Below are positions 10,088-19,689 of a stretch of DNA of 64,000 nucleotides, piece after piece. The position numbers and the translations under genes were made by a program. This DNA comes from an uncultured Thermoplasmata archaeon (GTDB taxonomy: Archaea > Thermoplasmatota > Thermoplasmata > UBA10834): positions 288,001 through 352,000 of the forward strand of contig CAVRDX010000001.1 of NCBI GenBank assembly GCA_963719945.1. The letters run 5' to 3'. Under the pieces are notes generated by a model. That model ran no database searches, was not told the DNA's origin, and saw only the letters and a list, made by a program, of their open reading frames with translations. Positions within the stretch are counted from its first letter, which is position 1. Every line of letters starts with the position of its first letter.

Positions 10088-11332
10088 ATGACATTCAAAG
10101 ATCTTAGGCTCATAGAGCCTCTACTGGATGCGGTTGCCAAACAGGGTTATACTACGCCGACACCAATACAGGAACAGGCAATTCCTCATATCCTTCAAGG
10201 CAAGGATTTGATTGGAATCGCACAAACGGGCACAGGAAAGACGGCTGCATTTGTTCTGCCCCTATTGCAGATAATGTCCCAGTCCCCTAAGCATATTATC
10301 CCTAGGTCTCCCAGAACTCTAGTTCTTGCGCCAACCAGAGAATTGGCTGCGCAGATAGATGAGAGCTTTGCAACCTACGGCTCATTTATGAGATTCAGGC
10401 ACACCGTAATTTTCGGCGGTGTCAACCAAGGCGCTCAGGTTAGAGCAATTTCCATGGGAGTTGATGTCCTTGTCGCTACACCTGGCAGATTATTGGACTT
10501 GATGAACCAGCGCCACGTGAATCTAACCCATTTGGAATTCCTTGTTCTCGATGAAGTTGACAGAATGCTTGATATGGGCTTCTTGGTTGATGTCAAGAGG
10601 ATCATTGCAAAATTGCCGGCACACAGACAATCAATATTCCTTTCAGCAACGATGCCTCCAAGGATAAGCGAGCTTGCAAAAACATTGCTCCATCATCCTG
10701 TGCGCGTTGAAGTTGCCCCTCAGGCAACCACAGTAAAACTAGTTCAGCAAAAGGTCCTATTTGTGGACGAAGGAAACAAGATCGCGATTCTATTGGAATT
10801 GCTGAAACATAAAGATCTGAAATGTGTGCTGATATTTACTAGAACAAAAAGACGAGCCAATAACGTCGCCAAACTGCTGACCACTCAGGGCATTCGGGCC
10901 GAAGCCATACATGGCAATAAATCACAGAGTCAAAGAACAAGAGCATTGGATAATTTCAAATCTGGACATGCAAGAGTGATGGTTGCGACAGACATTGCTG
11001 CAAGGGGCATTGACATTGATGACATATCTCATGTAATAAATTATGATCTGCCCGTTGACCAGATTGATAACTATGTCCATAGAATTGGCCGTACCGCGAG
11101 AGCAGGAGCTAGTGGCACTGCATATTCGCTGTGCGCAAGCTATGAACGGGATGCCTTGAGGGAAATCGAAAGCCTCATAAAGATGAATATCGAAGTGATG
11201 TCTCATTCATTTCATTCTAATACGGCAAGAGATGCTGTTGGCGCTGCTGCAAGACCACCGCCAAAACAGCAAAGAGGCCCGAGAAGGCCAAATACGAATC
11301 GACGGAATGAGAGACATTATCGATCGAGATAG
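10088..11332 (+). CDS. DEAD-box RNA helicase, RhlE-like
   Basis: MTFKDL start, AQTGTGKT, PTRELA, DEVD, SAT, HGNKSQ, HRIGRTARAG, basic tail. Confidence 0.93.
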   Translation: MTFKDLRLIEPLLDAVAKQGYTTPTPIQEQAIPHILQGKDLIGIAQTGTGKTAAFVLPLLQIMSQSPKHIIPRSPRTLVLAPTRELAAQIDESFATYGSFMRFRHTVIFGGVNQGAQVRAISMGVDVLVATPGRLLDLMNQRHVNLTHLEFLVLDEVDRMLDMGFLVDVKRIIAKLPAHRQSIFLSATMPPRISELAKTLLHHPVRVEVAPQATTVKLVQQKVLFVDEGNKIAILLELLKHKDLKCVLIFTRTKRRANNVAKLLTTQGIRAEAIHGNKSQSQRTRALDNFKSGHARVMVATDIAARGIDIDDISHVINYDLPVDQIDNYVHRIGRTARAGASGTAYSLCASYERDALREIESLIKMNIEVMSHSFHSNTARDAVGAAARPPPKQQRGPRRPNTNRRNERHYRSR

Positions 11333-11476
11333 ATGGCTCAGAATCCTTTGTTCAGAAAAAGTCCTTGTCTCCTTCCGTCGATTAATGGGCGAAAAATGGC
11401 GAGGAACACTCCCTACGAAAGCGATTCTGTTTCCGCTGCATTTTATTCCTTCACACCTTTTCTCAGAAGAATGGAC

Positions 11477-11520
11477 GTGCGGCCGCCGGGCCGTGCACCC
11501 TGCACAAGCCAGACTCCACT
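11477..11520 (-). repeat. Degenerate partial copy of tRNA-Gly (att-like scar)
   Basis: gtgcggccgccggg at 11477-11490 is identical to 12055-12068; ccagactccact at 11509-11520 matches 12110-12121 at 11 of 12. Confidence 0.65.
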
Positions 11521-11601
11521 TTTTCTGATTTCAATCAAGAGAAGATTCCTGGGGACAAGGCATCTGCCGCCCCTTCCCCATCGTAGTATTCGCGGGGAGA
11601 A

Positions 11602-11928
11602 CTAGGCTCTCAACATTTCAAATGCACAGTCTGAACAATAACGAGAGAACGAATGTGATCGTCGCCAATTCCTGAGCAGAACGATTGTGAGGACAAGCAT
11701 CACAACAAACAAAGCAGAAAGAGCCAGATTCGCGAGCGAGAAGTCACCATCTGCGAAAGTGCTGATGACATTAGTGCCTAGGCCAATCAGAAATCCCATT
11801 ATGTACAAAGCTGCAAAAACGAAGATTATGGTCCTTAGAGGAAGGCGTATCAGATTCAGACCTCCACGTGGAGGTGATGTCTCCTGCTCCGATTTGTACT
11901 CCCTCCCACACCCAGCGCAAGTGGCCAT
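11602..11928 (-). CDS. Small two-TM protein with terminal CxxC pairs
   Basis: CAGC, two hydrophobic helices, CSDC. Confidence 0.7.
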   Translation of the reverse strand: MATCAGCGREYKSEQETSPPRGGLNLIRLPLRTIIFVFAALYIMGFLIGLGTNVISTFADGDFSLANLALSALFVVMLVLTIVLLRNWRRSHSFSRYCSDCAFEMLRA

Positions 11929-12055
11929 CAGATAGACAGAATTACTTTCTTCCCTTATAATGCTGGTCTCGGAGCTATTTGAATCGAGAAAATCCTCGGG
12001 TGCAATTAAACCATTAATTGAAAACGAAAAATCTTTGTCTGGCTACGCATAGGAG

Positions 12056-12129
12056 TGCGGCCGCCGGGATTTGAACCCGAGTTTTGAGCTTGGCAAGCTC
12101 AAGTGATAACCAGACTACACTACGGCCGC
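12056..12129 (-). tRNA. tRNA-Gly(GCC), no intron, CCA not encoded
   Basis: GCGGCCG acceptor stem paired with CGGCCGC plus discriminator A; anticodon arm TGAGC-TTGCCAA-GCTCA; T-loop TTCAAAT. Confidence 0.97.
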
Positions 12130-12163
12130 ATACTGGTTGTACGCCTCAATACACAGGGCCCAT

Positions 12164-13486
12164 TTATATCTTGTGCGGGGTCGAGAGCTCTCGACACCCA
12201 TTCTTTTCCATCCACTGGATGGCCTCTCCGACCAAGTAGAGGGACCCTATGACGCAGACTCCTTTTCCAAGAGTGCTCTCCGAAGCCATCTCTATCCCCT
12301 TCGAGGAAGTCATCGAGATGGATGAATGACCTTTGAACTCCTTCTTCACAATCTCGTACAGGTCGGTTGCCGGGAGCGCGCGCTTATTGTCTACCTGAGT
12401 CGCTATGATCCTGGATGCATGAGGAGCAATCGTCCGAACGATCTCCCTAGCGTCTTTATCATTCATACAGCCGACCACGAAGGTCATCGGCAGAGTACCT
12501 AGCGCCTCCAGAGTCGAAATCGCCATCCGCACGCCATCAGGATTATGACCTCCATCGAATATCAAAAGGGGTTCACGTTGCACAATCTGCATTCTCCCCG
12601 GCCATCTGGCATTTGCCAATCCCTTGCGGATCTCTTCCTCAGTTATGTTGTCTTCCTTTTCTGCAAGGCATTCCAGGCACGCGATTGCTGCTGCGGCGTT
12701 CTCCGCCTGATATCCTCCGATCAGAGCGGTCTCAAGGTCAATCATCTCTCTCTTACCAGAGTAATTGAATGATGTCTCATGCAATGTCTGTCTGATGCAA
12801 TCGACTGCGAAATCCAGATCGATTCTCACCAACGGCACTCCGCATTCATCGCACTTCTTCTCGAAGATGCCGAGTATGGATGGGTCCCGTTCACAAGTCA
12901 CGACCGGCGCCCCATTCTTGATTATCCCCGCCTTCTCAAATGCGATCTCCGGGATTGTGTGGCCAAGGTAGTCCGTGTGTTCCAGCCCTATCCTTGTTAT
13001 GATTGACACGTCCGGTTCGATTACATTGGTGGCATCAAGCCTTCCTCCCATGCCTACTTCGGCAACGACAATATCGACATGCTCCTCGGCGAAGTATCTG
13101 AAGGCGAGCCCAGTCGTGAACTCGAAGAAGGTGAGCTGCTGCTCCGGACCTTGCCTAGCCATCGATTCCATCTCGGCTCGGAGCTCCTCCCCTATCCTCA
13201 CAACATCGGCTTCGGGCATATCCTGTCCGTCGACCTTTATCCTCTCGCGGAAATCCACTAGGTGCGGTGATGTGTATAGTCCCACCCTGAAACCGTGGGC
13301 CTTTAGAATCTCAGCCAGAAACGTGCAGACCGAGCCCTTGCCGTTGGTTCCGGTGACATGTATCGAGCGGAATGAGTTCTGCGGATTCCCTATCCTATCG
13401 AGGAATTCCCGCATGTTGTCCAACCCCAGCTTTATCCCGAACCTCTCGAGGTTGAACATCCAGTCGACTATCTCCGTGTAGCTCAT
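12164..13486 (-). CDS. folC: Folylpolyglutamate/dihydrofolate synthase
   Basis: HVTGTNGKGS, YTSPHL, EVGMGGRLDATN, EKAGIIK, WPGR, DGGHN, GSLYLVGE. Confidence 0.95.
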   Translation of the reverse strand: MSYTEIVDWMFNLERFGIKLGLDNMREFLDRIGNPQNSFRSIHVTGTNGKGSVCTFLAEILKAHGFRVGLYTSPHLVDFRERIKVDGQDMPEADVVRIGEELRAEMESMARQGPEQQLTFFEFTTGLAFRYFAEEHVDIVVAEVGMGGRLDATNVIEPDVSIITRIGLEHTDYLGHTIPEIAFEKAGIIKNGAPVVTCERDPSILGIFEKKCDECGVPLVRIDLDFAVDCIRQTLHETSFNYSGKREMIDLETALIGGYQAENAAAAIACLECLAEKEDNITEEEIRKGLANARWPGRMQIVQREPLLIFDGGHNPDGVRMAISTLEALGTLPMTFVVGCMNDKDAREIVRTIAPHASRIIATQVDNKRALPATDLYEIVKKEFKGHSSISMTSSKGIEMASESTLGKGVCVIGSLYLVGEAIQWMEKNGCRELSTPHKI

Positions 13487-13530
13487 GAGCGAGGTGCAAA
13501 TCCACCTGCATATTAAGAAGTTCTGTGGTC

Positions 13531-14292
13531 CTAGACGGCTAGTCTCTCAATCCACGACCTCATATCGGTCCCGTCCTTCTTGGCCAGACGTTCCATCTCC
13601 TTCAGAACACCCGAACTATATTGTGCGGCTTTCTTGGGTCGGTCGTATGCCTCTACTCCGAGCTGCTTGGCTACATCCCTCAAAACGATCTTGCGTTCCC
13701 CGCGGTCTATCTTTCGGGCCATAGGCGTCTTGGATGCAATGTCTATCACGCTGCTCGATGCGAATGGGTATCCGATGAGCTTTCCTCTTGTCAGGGCAGC
13801 CCGCCTAAGCAACTCGCTCTCCCTCGTAGCCTTCTCGAGATCCGATGCCATCCGAGGTCCGGGGTCGTCCTCCCCTAGGTACTTCGCATATCCTCCGAAC
13901 AACTCGTCGGCGAAGCTGCCTGTGAGGGTCAGTCGCTCTTTCGATTCGATCATGACTGCAAGGATTGGTATCGTATATCCCACGATGACCGGATTATTGG
14001 TGGCAAGGACTGTCGACGCTTCCCTGACCAGGGATCTTATGGTCGGTTCCGTCAGGACGATGATCTCAGATGAAGTCGAAGGATCATCGGAACCATCTAT
14101 GGCGATCTTATGGTCTGCAGCCCCTTCTATCGCGCACGTGTAGCGTGTTACAGGCACGACCTCTCTTGCGAGCGAGTCGATGACCGAACTATCCAAACCC
14201 CCTGAATACGCCATCGCTGCCGTCGGCTCCCCATCTATGCATTCCCTGACGGCATTTCTGAGCGTCTCAATCAACTCTGCAACGTCGGTCAC
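13531..14292 (-). CDS. Asparagine synthase C-terminal-domain protein (no glutaminase domain)
   Basis: AYSGGLDSS PP-loop, GSFADELFGGY, RKIVLR, RPKKAAQYSSG. Confidence 0.88.
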   Translation of the reverse strand: MTDVAELIETLRNAVRECIDGEPTAAMAYSGGLDSSVIDSLAREVVPVTRYTCAIEGAADHKIAIDGSDDPSTSSEIIVLTEPTIRSLVREASTVLATNNPVIVGYTIPILAVMIESKERLTLTGSFADELFGGYAKYLGEDDPGPRMASDLEKATRESELLRRAALTRGKLIGYPFASSSVIDIASKTPMARKIDRGERKIVLRDVAKQLGVEAYDRPKKAAQYSSGVLKEMERLAKKDGTDMRSWIERLAV

Positions 14293-14373
14293 GAACGCAT
14301 GACCTGCACTGTACCTGAAAAATGCATCGCTTGAGGTTAAAGGGTTTAGTTCGATATGTGAAAAAAGTGCATC

Positions 14374-14475
14374 TCACTTATCGCTGAAATCGTCCCAGAT
14401 GCATTCTGGTGCATCATCAAAGAGTTTCAGATCGTCTATTGCAGGTATGAAATCCTGCGATTTCGAGTCTTCCAT
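14374..14475 (-). CDS. Candidate 33-aa acidic micropeptide MEDSKSQDFIPAIDDLKLFDDAPECIWDDFSDK
   Basis: Hand-translated; GGAGG 10 nt upstream of ATG; T6 run just after TGA. Confidence 0.5.
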   Translation of the reverse strand: MEDSKSQDFIPAIDDLKLFDDAPECIWDDFSDK

Positions 14476-14807
14476 CTTTCTTCGTCCTCCTTTTCGGAGG
14501 TCGCTATATGATTGGGCTATTGAAGTACTTGCCGCCGATAGCTTCCTCAATGTAGAACCTTAATCGAACAGTTCTCTGTTCCGCTGACATCGTACAGGTC
14601 GCAATCTCGATGTCGGATCTCTCAGTATGGATTGATGTGATGGTCGGCAGTCAGCGCGCAATCGTCCGTGACTATCTCATCTGACAGGAAGCCGGTTTGT
14701 TTCGGGAATGAAAACTTAAGGGTGCCAGCGGTTTACCAAAGGCTTAAGAGGGGTATAGGTTATTTACCTAAACAGACAGTTTATGAATCACTCTCGGAGG
14801 GTATTTG

Positions 14808-15350
14808 ATGAATGATGATGACCTCATGAAAGTCAAGATCTGCTTCATTGGAGACGCAGGCGTAGGTAAGACTAGCCTCATCAAGAGATTTGTTCTCGAC
14901 GTCTTCGACGACAGGTATATCGCAACCATCGGGACCAAGGTTACGAAGAAAATTGTTGAGGTCAGTGACCAGGGGACCAATGTCAAGGTCATGATGCTCA
15001 TTTGGGATATTATGGGTCAGAAAGGGTTCCGCGAACTCCTGCGCGAAGCATACTTTTTCGGAGCGCACGGGGCAATCGCAGTATGTGACCTGACGAACAA
15101 GGAGACTCTCGAAGAACTCAGGTATTGGATAAAGGCTCTGACCGATGTCGCGGGTGATGTGCCAATAGTGTTCGCGGGAAACAAGGCAGATCTCGAGAAT
15201 GAGAGGGTAATCAAGGACGAGGAACTCCAGGAATTGGCCTCGAAATACAAGGCCAAATCGTTCATGACCAGTGCGAAGACTGGCCAGGGAGTCGAGGATG
15301 TCTTCAAGGCCCTCGGTCTCGCAGTCTCAGAGAAGATGGGCTCACGGTAG
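14808..15350 (+). CDS. Rab-like small GTPase
   Basis: G1 GDAGVGKTS, G2 YIATIG, G3 WDIMGQ, G4 GNKAD, G5 TSAKTG; FRELLREAYFFGA resembles RabF4; SD ggagg; no C-terminal Cys. Confidence 0.95.
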   Translation: MNDDDLMKVKICFIGDAGVGKTSLIKRFVLDVFDDRYIATIGTKVTKKIVEVSDQGTNVKVMMLIWDIMGQKGFRELLREAYFFGAHGAIAVCDLTNKETLEELRYWIKALTDVAGDVPIVFAGNKADLENERVIKDEELQELASKYKAKSFMTSAKTGQGVEDVFKALGLAVSEKMGSR

Positions 15351-15452
15351 TAGCCAGTGGTCCATTACCAACCCTGATAACGAATTAATAATCCTTATAT
15401 GCCCAGCATCGGCTATGAAATCCTCCAGAGAGTCAAGGGGCGGCTTAAGTTC

Positions 15453-18400
15453 ATGAAGGAAGTTCCCGTAGGAGGTTGCAGTCGTCATGCTCGAATTCTG
15501 AGCGGCTCACTTGCAGTCCTTCTCGCAATATTGATGATATCGGGGCCGGTCCTTCTGATGATAGGGGATGACCCCGTCAACGCCTCTGCGGATTCCCTGA
15601 CTTCCTGGGACCATTTGCTGCGCATGCATGAGGGAAGCCCTGTCTCCTCAGGAGATTATGATTGGCTGAACTCTTCCGCCCCTCAGAATCCAAGCGACCT
15701 CGATTACGATTCTGATGGATTGCTCGGAATCACGATCAAGAAGAACCTCCCATCTCAGCGTTGGAGGCATTTCTGGGTGCTCTCCCCTCCGGTGAACTCC
15801 GACGTTAGCATCCAAGGCGACATCTCGGCTCACATCTGGGCGGCCTCCAGGGACAACGAATCGGGGTCGATGATGACCATAACGTTGTCCGACATGGCTC
15901 CGTCCACCTTCTATAGCCCAAGCTCGTGGGCGAGTGTGGGAAGTGCCACGATTGCGCTGACGGGTCCTGTATACTCGTCATGGAAGGCATATGATCTGAA
16001 CATCCCCGGGATAGATTATGTGCTGGCAGATGGCCACTCTCTCGTCTTGACCATCATGAGAGGGGATTCGATCAATGACGGCTTGATGATCCTCTATGAT
16101 AGCAATGCATTCGATTCATACCTGATTGTCCCAACCAGGGACTTCATAAGCGTCGACGATGTCTGGACGGAAGATGAATCTGGAACATCCAGGACCGTGT
16201 TCGCCGACACTGAGGAGATTGTGGTATATGCGAACGTGTCGAACCCGTTCGGAGCATATGATATCCGCGAGTCCTATCTGGAAGTTGCATATTCCAACAA
16301 TGGGACAGTGTGCATCCCGTCGACTCCTCTGACCCTGGTTTCGGCGGACTCGTCCTCAAATCCGTCCTGGAAGCTGTTCTCTACTGCTCTCGAGCATTTG
16401 TGCAACGGAACCTTCAATCTGACGGTCTATGGCTATGATGCATTGGGCACTCCGACCTGGTTGACATCGTCCGTATCGATAGTCACCGCAGATCATTTCG
16501 AAGTCTTAACTCCATCCAATATCATCGCTGGCCAGGAATTCGAGATGACTATCACCGCATTGGACGCGGCTGGAGAGATCGTCCCGAATTGGAGAGGCAC
16601 TGTCGAGGTCGAGTCGGTCTTTTCAGAGACGATGACCCCCTCTTCTGGATCGCTGAATGTCACAACGGTAGAATTCGAGGGAACGGAGAACGGTGTCGTC
16701 ACGGTCGAGAACCAATCATACGACGCGGGCGAAGAGACGATAATCCTTATCGCGTATTCGAACTCGCATTTCGGCTACAGCGTCGAGATCTATGTGTGGA
16801 GCGGTCCCGTCAGTACGATATCCATTGACCCTGCGGGACCTATAACCTCGCTTCTATCCGGATCCATCGTATCTTTCACTGTGGTCGGACTGGATCATCT
16901 GGGGAACGAGAATACCTCCTGGTCGCCAGCATGGTCGGTGTTTGGCAGTGTCGGGACGATATCCGGTTCAGGAATGACGGTCTCCTTCATCGCATTGAAT
17001 GATGGTGTTGGTGGCATAAACTGCACTGATCCTGCGAGCGGCATATATGTGAACGTGAATATCACGGTCGTCGCCGGAAGTCTAGCCAGGATTGTATTGT
17101 CGCCGAGCGGCCCACTATCTATTCCCGAAGGGGTGAGCCAAGTTATTGTCGCGACGGGTTACGATTCATATGACAACATCGTAAGCATGTCCAGCGCTAC
17201 TTGGAGCACTAACACTTCTGGCAAGATCGTCGGTAGCGGTTCCACAGTCACCTACACTGCAGGGTACATCCCCGAATCAGGGGCGATTGAGGTCATGTAT
17301 GGTTCTGTAAGCGCATCGATCAGTGTTACTGTCATTAATGCACTCAATGGTCCACGACTCAGCACCATACCGACGCAGATCGCTACGGAAGATAGTTCAT
17401 GGAGCTTGAGTCTCACTTCATATTGGCATCACACCAATGGCACAGCGAACCTGAAGTGGTTTGCTGAGAATGTCGACACTTCACTCTACTTGGTCACGCA
17501 TGATCCATCTTCAGAGGCGATTGTAAAGTTCTATACGCAACCTGACAAGTTCGGCTCAGACACATTCAGACTCTGGGTAAGGGATCCCGACGGGTTCTCA
17601 ACCTATCAAGATATAGTTGTGAGTATCCAGCCAGTTAATGACAGGCCACATTTCGTCCACAGCCCACCGACCGAGATATATGTCAAGTTCTCAACTCCAT
17701 ATTCCTTCGACTACAGCTACTACGTGTCCGATGTTGACAACGCGAAGAGCAATCTGCTGATGTTCGCCGAATCTTCGAACTACGGCGATATCCTTTTCGA
17801 CCACCTGATATCAACATTCCTCTTCCTGGAGAAGGATGGGACCAACAGCTACTTCGAGATCATCACAATCACTCTGACTGATGCTGTCAATGCAGAATCA
17901 TCAGATTCTACAAATTCCGATTATCTGAATGCCGTGATATGGGTGACGGATGATACGCCACCGTCCCTGAACAACACGTTGCCGGATCAGGAGTTGAACG
18001 AGGGTGACCTAAATGTCTATGCGTTCGACCTGGACGACTTCTTCTTCGACCAGGATCCCGAAGACTATCTCGTCTATCAGTATGGTTTCGACAATATAGT
18101 GATATCCATCGATCAGGAGACCCACGAAGTCTACATGTCCGCACCGTTTGAATGGTCTGGAATCACTGAGGGCACCCTCACGGCCATGGACCCGACAGGC
18201 GCTTTCAAGACAGACATAGTCACGGTGACGGTCTTCGCTGTGAACGATCCTCCGTCGATCTCTCCGATCAATGATATTCATGTGCGCTATGATGTGGTAA
18301 CCAAGATCGATGCGAGCATGTATGTAGCCGATCCAGATCATACTCTGGATGAGTTGGTATTCTCATTTGACAGTCCATATGCAAGCTATTCTGATGGAAT

Positions 18401-19679
18401 GATTGAACTGCTCTTCCCTGCGAACCTCAGCGGTGGAGCGTTCACGAGCCCCTATATCGTCAAAGTCGGCATGACCGTCGCTGACCCTGAGGACGCGTCT
18501 GCAATACTTAGCTTCAGTGTGGTAGTGAGTGACAACTACGCTCCCGCAGTCACATACCCGATTCCATATCCAACACTTATCTCGTTCCCGGAGGATACCT
18601 ATCTCAATGGCTCGCTGAACTTGAGTCTGCTATTCAACGATGTTGATGACTCTAGCTTGTCCTACAGGATAGTCTATGGGAGCGCGTCTCCGAACATACA
18701 TGCGGTGATATATCCCGATGGTGTGGTCAACTTCACAGCCGCAGTCAACTGGTCTGGCATCGAAACTCTTGGGTTCGTGGCAACGGATTCTCACGGTGCC
18801 TGGGCTTCATGGATGGTCACGATCTCGGTGACGCCAGTGAATGATGCACCAATCATCTTGCCGATCAAAGATTTCGTGTTCAAGGGTTGGCCGAGGAACT
18901 CTCATTACATCATTTCCCAGTTCTTCATCGACAGCGAGACTCCGTATAGCTCGCTGGTGATATCAGCAATCCCTGATCAGTATGTGAGCGTAGTCGGCAG
19001 TTACCTCTATGTCAGCCTGCCAGATGGTGTGGATGTCATCACCGTCACTCTTCAGGCGACAGATGGTGACGGCGCGACGTCCAATACGATCAGCTTCAGG
19101 GTCGGCGTGACAAAGACTATGGCTGAGACGATTGGATGGCCGTACACTTTCCCCTTGGTGTTGCTTGCTGCAGGAATCGCGAGCTATTTCGCTGCCATGA
19201 GGATGCCTAGGCCCTACTCCCTTGAGAACCTCTTCCTCATCCACAACGACGGCAGGCTTGTTGCCCATGTCACTGAGGAAGAGAACACGAACATGGACAA
19301 TGACGTGGTGAGCGCCATGTTCACTGCCGTCCAGGAATTCGTGCGTGATTCTTTCCAGCAAGGGGAGGTCGGATTGAAGAAGCTCGAGATTGGCGACAAG
19401 AGCGTCATCATCGAGAAGGGTAAGTCTGTCTACATCGCCATGATCTATTCGGGATGGCCTCGAAAAGAGGTTTTCACATCTCTCGCGATGCTGCTCCGAG
19501 ACATCGAGGAAAGATATGCTGATAGGATTATTCGCTGGAACGGGACTATGAAGTCGCTCAAGGGCGTGCAGGAGATGCTCCAGATATACATGTCAAATGA
19601 GTTCAAGCCCGGTTCCTGGCAGGTCGAGGAAGAGATCGGAGAAGAGGAATGGGTCGACATCCTCGACAAGGAATCCTGA
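15453..19679 (+). CDS. Large single-pass surface protein with Ig/cadherin-like repeats and cytoplasmic longin-like domain
   Basis: N-terminal hydrophobic signal; repeat-end motifs PVNDRP, TDDTPP, AVNDPP, DNYAP, PVNDAP; TM WPYTFPLVLLAAGIASYFAAM at about 19137-19200; tail LFLIHNDGRLVAH...SAMFTAVQEFVRDSF. Confidence 0.85.
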   Translation: MKEVPVGGCSRHARILSGSLAVLLAILMISGPVLLMIGDDPVNASADSLTSWDHLLRMHEGSPVSSGDYDWLNSSAPQNPSDLDYDSDGLLGITIKKNLPSQRWRHFWVLSPPVNSDVSIQGDISAHIWAASRDNESGSMMTITLSDMAPSTFYSPSSWASVGSATIALTGPVYSSWKAYDLNIPGIDYVLADGHSLVLTIMRGDSINDGLMILYDSNAFDSYLIVPTRDFISVDDVWTEDESGTSRTVFADTEEIVVYANVSNPFGAYDIRESYLEVAYSNNGTVCIPSTPLTLVSADSSSNPSWKLFSTALEHLCNGTFNLTVYGYDALGTPTWLTSSVSIVTADHFEVLTPSNIIAGQEFEMTITALDAAGEIVPNWRGTVEVESVFSETMTPSSGSLNVTTVEFEGTENGVVTVENQSYDAGEETIILIAYSNSHFGYSVEIYVWSGPVSTISIDPAGPITSLLSGSIVSFTVVGLDHLGNENTSWSPAWSVFGSVGTISGSGMTVSFIALNDGVGGINCTDPASGIYVNVNITVVAGSLARIVLSPSGPLSIPEGVSQVIVATGYDSYDNIVSMSSATWSTNTSGKIVGSGSTVTYTAGYIPESGAIEVMYGSVSASISVTVINALNGPRLSTIPTQIATEDSSWSLSLTSYWHHTNGTANLKWFAENVDTSLYLVTHDPSSEAIVKFYTQPDKFGSDTFRLWVRDPDGFSTYQDIVVSIQPVNDRPHFVHSPPTEIYVKFSTPYSFDYSYYVSDVDNAKSNLLMFAESSNYGDILFDHLISTFLFLEKDGTNSYFEIITITLTDAVNAESSDSTNSDYLNAVIWVTDDTPPSLNNTLPDQELNEGDLNVYAFDLDDFFFDQDPEDYLVYQYGFDNIVISIDQETHEVYMSAPFEWSGITEGTLTAMDPTGAFKTDIVTVTVFAVNDPPSISPINDIHVRYDVVTKIDASMYVADPDHTLDELVFSFDSPYASYSDGMIELLFPANLSGGAFTSPYIVKVGMTVADPEDASAILSFSVVVSDNYAPAVTYPIPYPTLISFPEDTYLNGSLNLSLLFNDVDDSSLSYRIVYGSASPNIHAVIYPDGVVNFTAAVNWSGIETLGFVATDSHGAWASWMVTISVTPVNDAPIILPIKDFVFKGWPRNSHYIISQFFIDSETPYSSLVISAIPDQYVSVVGSYLYVSLPDGVDVITVTLQATDGDGATSNTISFRVGVTKTMAETIGWPYTFPLVLLAAGIASYFAAMRMPRPYSLENLFLIHNDGRLVAHVTEEENTNMDNDVVSAMFTAVQEFVRDSFQQGEVGLKKLEIGDKSVIIEKGKSVYIAMIYSGWPRKEVFTSLAMLLRDIEERYADRIIRWNGTMKSLKGVQEMLQIYMSNEFKPGSWQVEEEIGEEEWVDILDKES

Positions 19680-19689
19680 TCCGGCGCAA

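Noticed and set aside
13531-14475. Micropeptide plus AsnB-like gene as a lasso peptide cluster
   Set aside because: No leader peptidase or RRE gene nearby, no lasso leader/core pattern, and the short AsnB-like gene sits next to housekeeping folC
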